Source: Basidiobolus meristosporus CBS 931.73 (lineage: Eukaryota > Fungi > Basidiobolomycota). Taken from it: a DNA stretch of 64,000 bases. Location of the stretch: assembly GCA_002104905.1 (NCBI GenBank), contig MCFE01000219.1:1-64000 (forward strand). Reading direction: 5' to 3'. A program made the position numbers and the translations under genes. Positions 62,915 to 64,000 of this stretch are shown here, in pieces. Below the pieces are notes generated by a model, which was given only the letters and a program-made list of their open reading frames with translations, was not told the DNA's origin and searched no databases. Numbering within the stretch: the first letter of the stretch is position 1; each line of letters starts with the position of its first letter.

Positions 62915-64000
62915 ATGCTTGATCAAACAATATCACAATCAAATGGTTATCTTTACGACTCAAATTACTTGCCAGTCTTGGAACGCCTGAATATGGAATC
63001 ACTGGACCAAGAGGAATCAGAGTTTACTAGTTTCATCAGCAACGCTTTACTTGAAGTCCCCCGGTTGACCATGATTACAGGCGGCTCTACTCCTGACTTC
63101 GAGTTCTGCCCAGCTACTCCCTTGGATGAAGTTTCAGACAACCAATTTATCTCCAGCTACACCTATCCTAGAGACAATCAATTCTCCCAACAACCTCAAA
63201 ACCATCTTGGGCCTAGAGTCACTCATCGGACTAGAAGTGCAAGTATATCCAGTCTTTCTAGCATTACCTCTAGTACTTCAAGTATTGAGGAAAATTGGGA
63301 TGCAGAGCCAGAGAACAGTTTTTTAGGCATGAATATGGGCGATATCGGAATCAATATGGATCACTTCAGCCTGAATTCATCCCAGTCTATCAGCAATTCA
63401 CCTAATATGAGTTCTTCACAAGAACAAGCATTTCCTGGCACGTACTCACCAAGCCAAAATCAATATGCACTGGACCACAGCGGCTACTTATCACCAAACA
63501 CCCAGCTCAGCCCAAGCTCTAGCCTTTGCAGCACTGATAGTAGAAACATTCATGTGGGCTCAGCACCAGAAGCGCACACTCAAGAAAACTATTTCCAGGA
63601 ACTTCTATCATCCCAGCTCTTCTCAAGTCGACGTTCTAGTTTATGCAGTATTGGAACTTCATCCTCACTTGTCGATCATGACCTTAGTAGGCCAGAAGAT
63701 CTGATAAGCCTCCAGAATAATCAAGCCCACAACTGTAGCTTATCTACAATTGGCATGCCAGCCTTAAATGATAATCTCCCGTATCAATCGTTTGAGGAAA
63801 AGCCACCAGATACAGAAACTAGCTATCCAAAATTAGATCTCTCCCAAGAGATGTATCCCGCAATGAGTGACCAATCTTTCCACCTTTCCCAAGAAAATCT
63901 CCAGTTTATTCCATTTAATTCAGGCCTGGATAACGCAAACGAATCAACATTGTGCAATCGGACCGCAAGGAGTCCACAATCATGCTCCATCAATCATACC
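62915..64000 (+). CDS. 5' part of an S/P/Q/N-rich protein, open to the window end (possibly a transcription-factor N-terminus)
   Basis: Hand translation gives 362 stop-free codons from the ATG at 62915 (MLDQTISQSNGYLYDSNYLPVLERLNMESLDQEE...RTRSASISSLSSITSSTSS...). It is absent from the ORF track because it has no stop in the window. Confidence 0.75.
   Translation, partial: MLDQTISQSNGYLYDSNYLPVLERLNMESLDQEESEFTSFISNALLEVPRLTMITGGSTPDFEFCPATPLDEVSDNQFISSYTYPRDNQFSQQPQNHLGPRVTHRTRSASISSLSSITSSTSSIEENWDAEPENSFLGMNMGDIGINMDHFSLNSSQSISNSPNMSSSQEQAFPGTYSPSQNQYALDHSGYLSPNTQLSPSSSLCSTDSRNIHVGSAPEAHTQENYFQELLSSQLFSSRRSSLCSIGTSSSLVDHDLSRPEDLISLQNNQAHNCSLSTIGMPALNDNLPYQSFEEKPPDTETSYPKLDLSQEMYPAMSDQSFHLSQENLQFIPFNSGLDNANESTLCNRTARSPQSCSINHT

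Overview
Eukaryotic genomic DNA, most likely from an intron-rich early-diverging fungus (inferred from Rab18, a PIN-bearing SMG6, fungal Avt3/Vsb1-type transporters and ~55-75 nt GT-AG introns). The window has two parts. (1) Bases 1 to ~36.4 kb are a CpG-depleted nest of transposons: a Ty3/Gypsy element (714-10367) holding a Ty1/Copia element (4925-9823) whose 5' LTR holds a 211-bp MITE; several nested copies of a CACTA/EnSpm (Transposase_21/tnp2) family with CCCTATGAAAAATAAT termini and a second, unknown gene; a DDE_Tnp_4 remnant; two copies of a second Copia family; and three solo LTRs with clear target-site duplications. One CACTA copy (19852-31790) carries a compositionally foreign island: an intact, intronless uracil-DNA-glycosylase-fold ORF with degenerate catalytic motifs, flanked by iteron-like repeat arrays and fragments of tightly packed ORFs. 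This is the best candidate for an undescribed system here. (2) From ~36.8 kb onward is a gene-dense region: XPF/RAD1, a SulP-STAS-cNMP transporter, SMG6-like, an intronless KpsF/KdsD-like SIS-CBS isomerase (HGT candidate), an orphan 7TM receptor, Rab18, an Avt3-like transporter, and the start of an S/P/Q-rich ORF that runs off the window. All coordinates and alignments were read by eye and no database search was run. Exon boundaries and the edges of decayed repeats are approximate.
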